Below, one piece after another: positions 39,536-52,494 of a stretch of 64,000 nucleotides of DNA (positions are counted from its first letter, which is position 1; each line of letters begins with the position of its first letter). Under the pieces are notes generated by a model. It saw nothing but the letters and a program-made list of their open reading frames with translations, had not been told where the DNA came from and did not search any database. A program made the translations under genes and the position numbers. The DNA is from Lytechinus pictus. Lineage: Eukaryota. The DNA lies in NCBI RefSeq assembly GCF_037042905.1, contig NC_087252.1, positions 11,534,001 to 11,598,000 on the forward strand, read 5' to 3'.

Positions 39536-40685
39536 TAGTATTTATAAAAGTTCTGCAAGTACATGTACTGTACATTGTACATGTATATGTAGGCCTACAT
39601 GTACAGCACAGGCTAACAATTTAAATTATAAATGCCCTATACATGTACATGTATGAAATTATGTACCTTTGAATGCATGGTGTACAACGTGTAAATGCCA
39701 GAATACACAGATGGCCGGCCTGTTTGTTTGTGAGCAACATATATATGAAAGTGACTTCCAGGGTAGGAATATGAATATGAATGCTAGTCTCAGACATGCA
39801 GACCCAGACTTAACAATGCATGTACATTGTATAGTGTGTTCTTTAGTAAATACAGTACACTGTACAGGCCTACATGTTCACCCTTTTGTACCATTTACAT
39901 GTATGGAGACTGTGCTACATCATATGCAACTGCTAGTGTAGGAACATGTATTTTTTAGGGGGGTGGAACAGGTGGGGGGTACTATAAACATGATACAAGT
40001 ACATGTACATGTATGCACACGTTGTACAACCCCATACATTGTACCATCAAATGACTTAACAAATGTTCATTGCCGTCTTTCTGGACACGCATTCTGCAAT
40101 GAGGAAAAGTTTCCAGATACCGGTATATGGAAAAAAATTACATGTAATGGTGATGGAGGGAAAAAATTGGAATTGCCCCTGTAATGGAAAAAAATGCATT
40201 TCATTGCCTACATTTTATTATAATAGATCAAATAAAAATAATACACAATTTTACGCTTTATTTCCCAAATGGCCTTAAAGTGCTCACGATTTCAGGTTAA
40301 AAAAAAAAAAATTGGGACTTCTTGAAATTCAATTGTTGGGGATTGTCTTGTGAGAACAAGTTTGTTACTTTGTTCCATTCCATTGAGGATGCAATGTTCA
40401 GAAAAGGTTCTATCTCCGGACTGTTTTCATTTTGGATAGTTAATTTAAAGTGGGTCAGCAGAGGATCTACACTTGTAATACATTATGTACAAGTACAAAT
40501 GTACAGGTAGATTATATATTTAATTTTCATTTCATTTATTTTTACCAAAATCTATAAAACAGATGAACAGACTATATTTTAGCCTGCATTCATTACCAAT
40601 ACCAATGTGCATTACAGCAGGCACATGTGTACAGTACTGTATGTGTACATGTACAATGTAGCACAAACCAAGCTCCTTGTACATG

Positions 40686-41187
40686 TATGGTAGGGGGTCC
40701 TAAAGCTACGCACCACTCATCGCGCATACAGTTTTTATGGCAAATGCACACTCTGTGTGTGGAACTGTGACTGCAGAGTGACGAACGATTGCTATTCAAT
40801 TTTTTCTACAGAGGCTGCAGTCAATCTCTAAATGCAGAGAAAACCAACAACTGTATGGAATTTGGAGTTATATTCGCTTAAATTTCATTTTAACCTATAA
40901 TAATATGAATATATTTTAGAAATTGAGGCACAGGAAATACAATTTTTTTGCATGATAAATCGAGTGCGTAGCTTTAGGACCCCTTCTACATCCGGTGGTG
41001 AAATCAAGAGGTGTTCGGAAAACACGGCGGGATTTTCGTATTAGTGAGTTTTGCGATATTTTCTTCTTGGTTAATGATCTTTAGAATGTTTGCCACAAAT
41101 TAGTGAAAGATATTTGTTGAAATATTGAAATTGGGATAGTTTTTGTTTGAAAATAAAGTGCGTAGTTTTAGGTCCCCCCCATCATAC
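40686..41187. mobile_element. MITE with ~28-bp TIRs
   Basis: tggtagggggtcctaaagctacgcac ... gtgcgtagttttaggtccccccca; internal extra TIR copy near 40964-40984. Confidence 0.65.
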
Positions 41188-42413
41188 AAACTTTGTAGAC
41201 ATGTATGCTCCCTGGACAGATATTGAACTACACTCTACTACATGTACATGTAGGAACTTTGCCTCCAATTTTTATTATAGCCTTCATGATGAACAGTGGC
41301 ACTTTACAAAACTACAATACGATCATTTCATTCTTCACTACCGTGTAGCCTATACAGGTGATCCAACGATTTCTAGATCATTTCTCAACATGATTTACAA
41401 GATAATTGCTAATAATCAATATTATTAATAATCAGTAATTACATGTAATCAATATAATGATTGTGGGCATTAACAAAAAGACAAGAAGACAAGACAATTA
41501 CATGTAGTTTCAGTTTCAGTGGCTGGGACAAACTACAATGTGCATCACCTTATTGATAAAAAATGTAACAGAATACCCATGCTTCACTTACGGTATATGG
41601 TACATGTAGGCCTACATGTACCTGTACCCCGGAGGGGCGGGGGGGGGGGCCACTTCCATTGACGAGTGGATACCATGCACGACCATGGGGTCTCCCATAC
41701 CACTGATATGAGTGCTACCTCCCCCCCCCCCCTGGGTGAGAACCCCCAAGAAGTACATTTGTAGACTAGATCTTGATGTAAAATGTAGAAATTTGATTCA
41801 CAAAATCACCTTCATTTTGGATTAAAACCTTTTTTTTTCTGAACAAAATCTCTTTCCTTTTGGAGTGAAAACAGTTTTTTTTTTTTTTTGCTTGTCATTT
41901 TTTCTTCTAAACTAGCACCCCCTCTTCAGTCATTCCCATCCCACCACTACTAGGGCCCAGGCCCCTGTTTATGACTGGACCAAAAGCTTCGGACCCTGTT
42001 TTATTGGTTGTTCCGCATTGGCTCAACTCACCAATTACAGAGACCGAAGTTTTAACTCGATCTGTACAGGGACTCAATAAAGTTCGGATAAACCAGGGAA
42101 GTGAAATTGCGCGAGAGCCGAAGTCACTGTTTTTTTTGTTTTTTTTCCCGAATTTGTGCATTTCAGGCCAAAACGGAATAATAATCTTTATTTTGGTCCA
42201 GTTCTTTTCATATATTTTTTTATGAAAGACAAAAATTGATGAGCCCCGTCGGGGGTATTTTGCATTTTTAACCCCCAATGGCGGCTGCACGATCGCGAGC
42301 CGTCTGTGTACGAGGAGAAACAAAATGTTAAAAAACTCCTCGAAGCAGACGGCTGCCAGCTGTCTAGTTTATCACATGATGCAATTTCATGCAACAGACA
42401 ATCGATTTCTCAC

Positions 42414-42942
42414 CTTGTATTAACCACTCACACTCCGTTGAAATGGGATAACTCTCATTTGGATGGTCCGAAATAAACCCCTGCAGGTCAGTCAATATGG
42501 CACGGCCAGTCGGGCCAAGTCCATAACACTTTGCAGAACACATCTGGCTCTTCAAAAACACACACAATAAAACAGCAAATAAAAATGTCTTCCAATACGA
42601 CATGGATGGAAATAATTGGTGGACTGTCTGTGACATATTCCTCTTGATACATCCTGGCAAATTGCTTTCTTTCAAGTCCCTTTGCAGTTCTTTATTTCTT
42701 GACGAGCTGCCATCCCGTAACCGACCACTTTTCCACATTTCTGTTGATCGGCTGGGTCCGTTTCTTTCCCTCGAAAGAGAGTTATCCTCTCTCCCTCGCT
42801 GCATACATCTCACATTTTCTGCCAGGGTGAAAATCATATCCATGTTTTCTTCACTTCTCTTGGAGTAAAACCGAGACGGGAGGTGACCCGTCTCTGGGCA
42901 GCAGTGATTTACATTTAGCTGTCCTTTCGCCATGTTGTTCAT
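42414..42942 (-). CDS. MEGF8: MEGF8 exon 1 (possible N-terminal extension, signal peptide, CUB start); alternative start ATG at 42603
   Basis: MSYWKTFLFAVLLCVFLKSQMCSA hydrophobic leader, then KC...GFISDHPNESYPISTECEWLIQ; donor gtgag at 42413, phase 1 matching exon 2. The start codon is uncertain. Confidence 0.88.
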
Positions 42943-43903
42943 TCGTCAGAAACAGCTGATGGGCTTATCAACCGCAAAGACACAGCTCAGTCCACACACA
43001 ACATGCACACACATTCATCAGAGTGGCTTGCGGAGCGAAAACAGCACTGACAGGAAGGACAAAAGCCGAGATTTCCTACCGAAATGAATTACCATTCCAA
43101 GTCCATTTTACCTCCATCGCATCTGAAATATCGTATTTCATTCCACACTGGTTGTTGGTAAATGTTTGTGAGATAAAATCCAGATATATAACTCTCCTTT
43201 CTCTGGCCCTATTTGGCTTCGGGATCTGCTGTTACGACTCCATCGCTACACAAAAGTTGGACTCAATTGAAATTAGGTGACCGGGGTTGAGCGTTCTCTC
43301 TACAATACGGTGCACATTGTTGTCAAGTCCCGCACCAACCCATACACTATTTCAACAAGTGATGGCTTTAAAGAGCAATCTTTAAAAGGTGTTTAGCTCC
43401 ATCTGCGGCAAGTGTACAGGAAGTTTATCAGCACCATCATCGTCACCACAACCACCACTGGCGGATGGGGGGGGGGGGGGGGCTGGGGGGGCTGGGGGGG
43501 GGGGACACAGCCGGTCCGTGCCCCCCCCCCCCTTTTTTGAGAGGCACAATTAAAATGATTAATATAAAAATGTCCTTATTTTTTGGTTGAAAGCTTTTTA
43601 TTTTTTTTTTTGGTTGTCAATTTTTTCCTGGGGAAAATGTGCCGCCCCCCTCCTTTTGGAAAATCCTGGATCCGCTCTTGCCTGACACCCACCATGTACC
43701 AACATTAACCACACACACACATACACCAGCACCACCATCATCGATCATCATCACCTCCACCATCATCATCATGCAGGGGCGGAAATCTTTCTAAAAGGTA
43801 GGGGGACGAGGGGCTAGAAAATTTGACAAGCAAAAAAAAAAAGGTATCATTCCTAAATACATGTTTTATTTCGATTTTGAATGATATACTGTATTTCTTA
43901 CCA

Positions 43904-44697
43904 TCATAAAAGACCTAAAATAGTAGGGGGACATTTGATATTGTGTCCCCCCCTACTATTTTGAGTAGGGGGGACTCGTACGTCCCCCCTGGGATTTCCG
44001 CCCATGATCATCATCACCACCACCACTCACCATCGATCATCATTACCACCACTACTTAATACAAAAAAACCACCACCCGTGCACCACTCCACCATCACCA
44101 CCAAATCATTATTATACAATATATAGTATTGATAATAATGGCGGGATGAAATTAGCGAATTGTAGTGCCTCAACAGAAAACAAAACACAGTTTTAAAGGG
44201 AATCAATTGCAGGTATTGAAATTAGGGAAGAATTCGATTTGAATTATTTAACTTAATTATTATTCTTTAATTCAAGTAAGGGCTTTTCCAAAGCAAATCA
44301 TAAAAGACCTAAAATAGTATATAGGGGGACATTTGATATTGTGTCCCCCCTACTATTTTGAGTAGGGGGGACACGTACGTCCCCCCTGGGATTTCCGCCC
44401 ATGATCATCATCACCACCACCACTCACCATCGATCATCATTACCACCACTACTTAATACAAAAAAACCACCACCCGTGCACCACTCCACCGTCACCACCA
44501 AATCATTATTATACAATATATAGTATTGATAATAATGGCGGGATGAAATTAGCGAATTGTAGTGCCTCAACAGAAAACAAAACACAGTTTTAAAGGGAAT
44601 CAATTGCAGGTATTGAAATTAGGGAAGAATTCGATTTGAATTATTTAACTTTGTTATTATTCTTTAATTCAAGTAAGGGCTTTTCCAAAGCAAATCA
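43904..44697. repeat. Near-identical ~395-bp tandem duplication
   Basis: tcataaaagacctaaaatag...gcttttccaaagcaaatca repeated at about 43904 and 44298. Confidence 0.92.
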
Positions 44698-44882
44698 ATG
44701 ATTTTACCCTATTTTTGGAGCATGCATGGCCTATCTAAGTCGGGAAACATAACAAAAACACGTCTTGTTCGCGGTATCTAGGCCTACTTTCAACAAATCG
44801 AATACTTGTTGAGGGTCTATTTTGCCCTATTTGAAAGTACATGTAGGAGCATAATCAACGGTGTCAGCTCTAACATCCCGTC

Positions 44883-45071
44883 CAGTGGCGTACCTAGGAT
44901 TTTCCACAGGGGGGGGGGGGGGGGCAAAACCGTCCGCCAAAAAAATTGACAAGCAAAAAAAAAAAAAGAGAGCTTCAAGCTCGTCAGGGGGGCAGGGATA
45001 AGTCCTTGGCATGGGTTGTGGCTCGTCAGGGGGGGGGGGCAGACTGCCCCCCCCCCGTAGGTACGCTAGTG
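44883..45071. mobile_element. Small hAT-like MITE
   Basis: cagtggcgtaccta ... taggtacgctagtg with 8-bp TSD atcccgtc/atcccgcc; related end near 62755-62832. Confidence 0.7.
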
Positions 45072-45089
45072 ATCCCGCCCCCCCCCCCC

Positions 45090-45121
<32 letters not shown>

Positions 45122-46124
45122 TGAGATGATGTATATTACTATACAAATTACATTTAATCTGATTGATTTAACTATGAGCTGCCATGGGGCCGGGTGGTTT
45201 TGAGAGTTGCCTCCCTGAAGAAATCTACAGGGTGAAATTCATTTTTTTTTTGGTATTAAAACTGTGATCAATCGCATAAAGGGCTCTTTTACCAATCCAC
45301 TGAAGAACAGCCAAAATAGATTAATAATTTATATACTTTCATACCCCTTCCGAATACAAACTTTTATACTAATGTTATACTAATGATGATGTATACAATA
45401 ATTTTGGCGTACTAAGAGGGCATTTGCTGACAGGGGCATTTATTTATGGGGGTCTGTAAGCAAGGAATTTGCTTGTACAGGGAGGTGATGCCAGTGTGTT
45501 TTGATAGTAGGGGGACTGTGACGTCGTATTTTTTCTCAGTTGAATAATGGGGGCAACTCATATTCCCTATTATTTTTTTTTAATAAAAACAATAAAAACA
45601 TTAGGTTGGTGATTAAGAGGGCAGGGGCAATCGCCCCTAATGAGATTGGAGTTGTGAAAAGGAGAAGACAGAAATTGGGAAAATGACGAAGAAAGACGAA
45701 TATATATTTTTAAAAATGAATATAAAAAAGAGAGAGAGAAAATGAGTCGAGTGAACCAAAGGACTCACTGGCGTACATTTGTATAATGAGCTAAAAAAAT
45801 AAAAATTGGGGCCAGACATGCCATATGGAAACAAAATTTATTAAAAGTTGCGTAAGAGCGAAGCGAGCAAGCAAAATTTTGGACTTTTTAATACAAAACT
45901 CTAATTTTGAGATAAATGTTGACAAGTATCCCCCATTTCCTCTCCATCTTTTGTCCTTTTTTCTTGGTCATGATTTTTTTTTTTGGGGGGTCCATGGCTC
46001 CCAAGGCCCGCCCCTATCTCGATTCTAGTGAAATGACGTAACTTGTTTTACTTCCTTGAGTACTGTTTGTGCAACTTCATGAACATATATGGAAGCTTAA
46101 AAGTGCTACCCATATGTTCAGATA

Positions 46125-46605
46125 ATAATCTCGTCATGTCTACAATCTCTTTCGGAAAAAGATGACATGACGAGATCTTGAATCTTTTGAATCTCGTCAT
46201 TTTTGCATCCTGCAGAAGACATGTTGAGATGACAAAACCTATAGGATCTCGTTATGTCTACATCCCGTGGGAGACATGATCAGATGGCAAGATCTCAGAT
46301 CTCGTAATGTCTACGTCTTGTGGGTGAGATGAGATGACAAGATCTCGGATCCAAGATCTTATCTAATCATCTCTTCTACTGGATGTTGACATGACGAGAT
46401 CCAAGTCTTGCCATCAGATCATCTTTTCCACGGGATCTAGACATGACGACTGACGAGACCCAAGATGTTGTCTTAGATCATCTTTCCTACGGGATGATGA
46501 CGAGATCTGTCATCTATCATCTCTCCTGCAGAAATGACAAGATCTAAGATCACGCATCTGATCATCCCTTTTACAAGATGCAGACATGACGAGAGCCAAG
46601 ATCTG
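46125..46605. repeat. Degenerate minisatellite with units in both orientations
   Basis: gacatgacgagatct and its reverse complement atctcgtcatgtc are intermixed. Confidence 0.8.
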
Positions 46606-47495
46606 GACCCGCCTGTATTCCCTATAAATCTATTGAATTGGTATAAGAGGAAGCATGATTTTTAGACTCCTGGATTCAAAATATTGTGAAAAAAAAATCG
46701 CTTACACCCTCTCTCTTTCAGCCAATTATATACTGCCCCCTTTCCACTACCCCCCCCCCTTCCTTGACGCACGGGGGTGTCAACATCTATTCATCTCCTT
46801 TAATTTACATCTTACTTCATTTTCCCTCGTTTTTCAAACCAATTCCTCTCGTTTCTTTCTCTCTCTTCTTTTCATTTATTTTCTCTTCTCCCCGTCTCTC
46901 CCCCCTTCATTCTCTTTGTTCCTCTTTTCCTCATCCTCTTTTTTACCCACCCCTTTCCCTTCTCTTTTTGTTCCTTTTCATTAGAAAGTTTATCCAAGAA
47001 AGCTGTGTTCCATTCAGAATCAATCGCAACTTTTCAAATCAAACGCAAGTCTTCCAATAATTTAACCCAAATTTGTAGTTGATCAGGGCTCGAATTAAGA
47101 ATTCAAAGGGACAAAACCATTTTTCAATAGGGCCCTATTAAGGAAAAAAAAGGTGGTGCTCACTTTAGGGGCACCCAAGGCCATTATTTTTGTATCAAGA
47201 GTAAAACGTACTAATGTTAATGGGACACATGCACTGGATCAATACCACAGGGCACCAAGAACATCAAGAAAAAGAACACTTATTTTGGCCGCAAGTCTAC
47301 AAATATTTGGAAAGGCATCAAGGCCAATCTGAGGGCATCGGATACCATGGCCTTGGGTTTAAGTCGAGCCCTGGTTGATTTTCAATCAACTGCAACTAAA
47401 CTTACTTGCAATGCCACATTTAACTTGCAAATTGTAATCAAATGTTAGTTTCTTCCAAATACGCATAAGACCACCCAGCTCATAACTCAAGTTAA

Positions 47496-48761
47496 AGGGA
47501 AAGTTCACACTGTCAATAAGTTGGTTTTCTTAAAATCTGAAAAATAGAAATATCAGTGAAGGTTTGATGAAAATCTATCAAATAATTTGCTAGGGTCTAA
47601 ATTTTTTTATCTGGAACATCGTATGCGAGCACCTCCCCAATATAAACTTGTAATGTAAATTCCATAAATTCAATTTTCTAAATGGAAATAAAAATCTAAT
47701 AGAAGGGGGTATGAATCAATGTTTCTGATGATATATCCACCCCTCAGCAATCATCTTAGAAACGACTTAAAAAAAAAATAGATCGCACATGTGGTGGAGC
47801 TACACATAGGGGAAGGCGGGGCAAGTTGAGCATAGGGGCAAGTTGAGCCACCACCCCCAGGCCAATAATGAATGAGTCGGACATTGTGGTGGTGTCATGC
47901 ATTGATGACCCATTACATAACCCTTAACCCCACCACATTGTTTTCAACTTTGAAACAAAAAGTACTTTTATAGAGGGAAAAATACAAATTTCAGCCAAAA
48001 AAGTAAAAAATGGTGTGATATAGAAAAGTGCTTTTTACCCACACACGTCTTTAAATATAACAAAGAAATAAGAGCAATATTGTTAGCCCAGGTATGGATT
48101 CTCATTCTTGTCATAGTCTTTTACATGATGGATGCATAAGAAATGTGTGGATGTGAAAATATCTCATTAAGTGCAGACTGGGGTAATGTGTGCCAGCCAA
48201 CATGGGGCAAGTTGTGCCATGGTAATTCTTATGGTAATGTATAATAAAAGATAAAAAACCTTAAAAGCCATTGATATGGAGGCAGAACAGAGCAAATGCA
48301 CATGACAGTCCTTTTACTTTTAGAGGATGTTAGCATTTATAGAGAATTAGCAAGTGAAAAGTCTTTAAATAAAACGTTGACATGCCGGTTCTTCCCGCAT
48401 ACATTTTGTACATAGTTTTTGTGGCTCAACTTACCCCAGAAGGTAGCACAACTTACCCCACAGATGGGGCAAGTTGAGCCATTTGACTTCGTTTTTTTCA
48501 AAGGTCACAATGACTTTCAGTGTGGGGGTAGAAAGTTATATATAGGTGAAAAATATTTCCCAAGAATCAAATTTAAAGGCAAGGTACTTAATACTACAAT
48601 ATTATTATTCATATCAATTCTAACTTGCAAAATGAAAAAAGTGTCACAACTTACCCCGCCTTCCCCTACTGTTAATCTTTTCACAGATTTTCATCAAACC
48701 TTCACCAATAATCGTAATGATTTTATTAAAACTACATCATCGTCAGGATGAACTTCCCCTT
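47496..48761. mobile_element. Kolobok-like MITE containing a nested pogo/Tc-like MITE (about 47803-48671)
   Basis: TTAA|agggaaagttca ... tgaacttcccctt|TTAA; nested taggggaaggcggggcaagttg ... caacttaccccgccttccccta. Confidence 0.7.
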
Positions 48762-49411
48762 TTAACCCTAATAAGACCAGGGGGGGGGGGGGGGGGGCTG
48801 AATCAGCCCCTCAACTTTTGTCGCGATATTTCCGCTGCGCAAATTCTTTTGACCGCATCACTCACTGACTTTTTACTTTCAAGTCTTGTGCAACTTTTGA
48901 GACCAAAATCGCTACCCCGGGTACGCGGTTCAAAATTACGAAACATGATTTACAAGAAATGCTTCAATATCCTTTCGGTAGATATTATCAAAAATTTGGA
49001 TTGTGAAGCCAAAATGATGTTATGTACAGAATCTTGTCATGGAACTTACTGTGGTTTTTTGAGCTGGGTGGTCACATACATGTATACATAGGCAGAGAAA
49101 GAACAACAAAATCATCACACATACACAAAATGTTTTGCTTTTTCTTGCTTACACCATTTACCCAAAATATCAAAGAAACATTTCCATGAAGCTCTAAGAG
49201 TCCAATACGCTCTGTGGTGATAATACATTTTCTACCGACAATAAATTGTGAAGAGAGAGGCTAACTGGTGATTTCAAATGTTACTGAGGACAACTGAATC
49301 TAGGCAATAATTAGGAGTGGATCCAAATGATGATGGGGTTGATATGCTGGACAAATGGTGATAGGCTGTTGTTGCTGTTGCTGCTGCTGCTGTTGTTGCT
49401 ACTGCTGTCAA

Positions 49412-49505
49412 TTATTTTGGCTTCTTCTTGGGGCGCAGGTCATTGGAGTGCCCACACTTCTTCTTGCGGCAGTTGGTTGCACGAGGGTGGAGGCGGGCAT
49501 AGCAT
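49412..49505 (-). CDS. UBA52: UBA52 coding exon 4 (eL40 C-terminus)
   Basis: [30 protein letters not shown]; cag acceptor, phase 2. Confidence 0.97.
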
Positions 49506-49711
49506 CTGTGTGACGAAATGAAAATATTTTGTGGACACTGTAAGGACATTTCTAGAAGACAGGCAGGAAACAACAGACTATAATAATCCTTTCTCTTTGA
49601 ACAGAAGCATATTATTATATTGACAAGGTATAATAAACCCCCGAGCTTGAAAGGATCTTTAAATTCATGCTTGCTACTAAAAAGGAATCTCAGAAACAGT
49701 GTGAATATTAA

Positions 49712-50295
49712 AGGAGAATGAAACCCTTGAAACCTGCTGAATCCATATCAAAGAGAAAAATCAAAGAAACATATTGTTGAAAGTTTGAGGAAGATTGAAT
49801 GAATAATAAGAAAGTTATGAGCATTTCAATATTGAGATCACTAATGCCATGTAGTTCCTCCCATTGGCAATGCGACCAAGATCTGTGATGTCACACACGT
49901 ACAACTCCCTCATTACTTTAGTACTTATTTCACTTATATTCTCACTTTTATAGAGTCTATCACAAGGTGAGGTGTTCTCTTTATGAGAGGACAAGTACAG
50001 AGGTTTCACAGCATTATATCATTGATGAATCGTTTGTCATATGATTAGAATGAGCAAAAAGAGATGTTTTTGAGTATATTTTCAGTGTCCAAAAGGGGAG
50101 AGTTGTTCATCTGTGACATCATAGATCTTGGTCGCATTGCCAATAGGAGGATCTCCATAGCATTAGTGATCTCGACATTCAAATGCTCATAATTCTTCTA
50201 TTGCTAGTCCTATTTTACTCAAACTTTTGTTGATCTTATTCTTTGATTTTTCTGCTTTCACAAAAGCTAACTTGCTCCAAGAGTTTCATTCTCCT
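49712..50295. mobile_element. Kolobok-like MITE
   Basis: TTAA|aggagaatgaaac ... gtttcattctcct|TTAA with long imperfect inverted arms. Confidence 0.75.
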
Positions 50296-50613
50296 TTAAT
50301 ATATTCAATATTATCAGCAATTCAAACTCGTGACTAGAATGGAAACTTGCCTGTAACCTCAGAATTTACTTTAATAATTTCTACAATTTACCCGACACTT
50401 AGCTCTGTTACTTTATCAGAAAATGAATAAAGGACTGGATCTTTGATTTCATGGTAAAGCAAGGTGGAAATTTAAGCAAGTTACATGTATATCATAATTG
50501 TATTTCAGAAGCCATCTGCATAAAGCTTCAGCCTCTATAAACATCTCCCAGCTTTTAGGCTCATTGATTTACATGTGCATGATATTTCATAGACATTCAG
50601 TATAAGAACTCAC

Positions 50614-50716
50614 TTTCTGCAGATCTGTTTTTCACAGTTGTACTTCTGGGCCAAGAGACGGAGTGAGGGCTCGATCACACCACCACGTAGACGAAGAACA
50701 AGATGGAGGGTTGATT
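50614..50716 (-). CDS. UBA52: UBA52 coding exon 3 (ubiquitin C-terminus and eL40 start)
   Basis: [35 protein letters not shown]; cag|...|gtgag, phase 1/2. Confidence 0.97.
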
Positions 50717-51198
50717 CTGCGAAAAAAAAAGAGAGCCAAAGTTAGTCAAAGAGAGCCAATGACATCAATTACAAGCCAAAGATAGCACAAAAATGGTCAA
50801 AGGGAGTAAAAAAAATAGTCGAAAGACAGCCAATGATATTCAAAGATAGCAAAAGTAGCAAATGGTATTCAAAGGTAGCCAAAGACCAAGGTCATAGTAA
50901 GAAGGAAATGTCTCTTCAACACATACAGGAGATTCTCACTACCACTTATTCAGTGCACTCAGAATTTCAAAGTCTACCTTCCATATTCAAGTCCAGGCAT
51001 TATTTCAGATCAGAATATGCAAAACAACATCTCCTCAGCCATTTTTTCGCCCAAGTCGAACAGATTTATGAGGTCCCAACTCCCATGAGATTTGACTTGG
51101 GCGCAGTCACCAGTACATACCCAGCTTTGCTCTAAGAAAAAAAATAACACCCAATACATCCCTGGACCCCAGTGTGTGTCTTGTTTGTGTGTGTGGGG

Positions 51199-51996
51199 TA
51201 GGCCTGGGACATTCGGGTATTTTTGTCTTCTGGTACCCATGGTAATTTTCGGGCGGGTACCTGAAAATTATGTCGCATGAAATATGACTGGTGGAAAAAC
51301 CCCATAGGTGACGTCATCCAGCCACTTCGCCGCAAGCCAATTTATGATGGAACATATGGTAAGCAGTGCAAGCCTCCTGTGCATGCCCCACGCGCAGTAT
51401 TCCATCGAAACAAGCCTCGTACCAAAATCGACCTAGAATTCCACTTTCCTATATTCTATATGAGTTATGAAAGGTATTCTCGGGGGATCTGTTTTCTCAC
51501 TGATACCACACAGGTATTGCCTTTCCGTCAAAATCTTACGAAGTAGCGTCGATATTACATTGTGTTCATGAGTTTGTAGAATCTATCGCTACGTGCACAA
51601 AGTCAATAGACTTCCGGGTTTTGGAGAGTTGGATGCGCCAGCCAATCACGATCGTGTTACCATTTTTGGTTTATGATGAACTGAAAATGGTAACACGAAC
51701 GTGATTGGCTGGCACTGCAAAAGAAACATGGCGACGATTGAACGATCTCAGTCACATCATCACTTGAAAAACTTGTATATTTATGGATATTTCAATCAAA
51801 TTCAATGGTAATTGGTGAGATTCAAAATGAGACTTGTGTACATTTGTGATGAGTTACAATCATGTCTTACACTACGCAATGCAAATCAAATACATGTACG
51901 TTATACTGGTGAGCAATTTTCGGGTATCGGGTATTGATTTTTCTACCCGGGTACCCGAGGCTTCCGGGCGGGACCCGAGTTTTAGTCCCAGCCCTA
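51199..51996. mobile_element. hAT-like non-autonomous element
   Basis: taggcctgggac ... gtcccagcccta; imperfect 8-bp TSD gtgtgggg/gtgtgtgg; internal segment shared with about 61075-61420. Confidence 0.65.
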
Positions 51997-52368
51997 GTGT
52001 GTGGGAGGGGGGGGGGGGGCAGTTTTTTTTTTTCCGTGTTTCACTGGTAGAACATGCCAACCTGTAATCTCAGTCATTTTGATACACAGGTGAATCTCTT
52101 GAGACCCTTGAAATCTGTCCAAGGTATTGGAGGCAGGGAAAGACTACATGGGGGCTCTGGGCCATTTTGGCCCCGACATGATTAAAAGAGCCTGAGAACA
52201 TCCCTATTCTTTGCAACGTTAATGCAGCTTCTCTAATCCTGCAGATGTAGCAAGTAGGTTGTGAAAATACCCCCCCCCCCAAAAAAAAAAAAAAAAAAAT
52301 TGCTTGCATGGTTTGAGTCAGCACTTCCAAAGGTTGGTGGATAAGGTATCGTCAAACATGAAATATTA

Positions 52369-52494
<126 letters not shown>

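Noticed and set aside
2060..42942. Attractin/ATRNL1 as the gene identity
   Set aside because: The domain order (CUB first, then EGF, kelch, PSI) and motifs such as GNYMVVYGGNVH...EKCFEDG..YHLGCH fit MEGF8.
46655..47060. Hydrophobic F/S/L-rich ORFs (also 1296-1658 and 62384-62663)
   Set aside because: Low-complexity pyrimidine or A-rich tracts with no splice or homology support.
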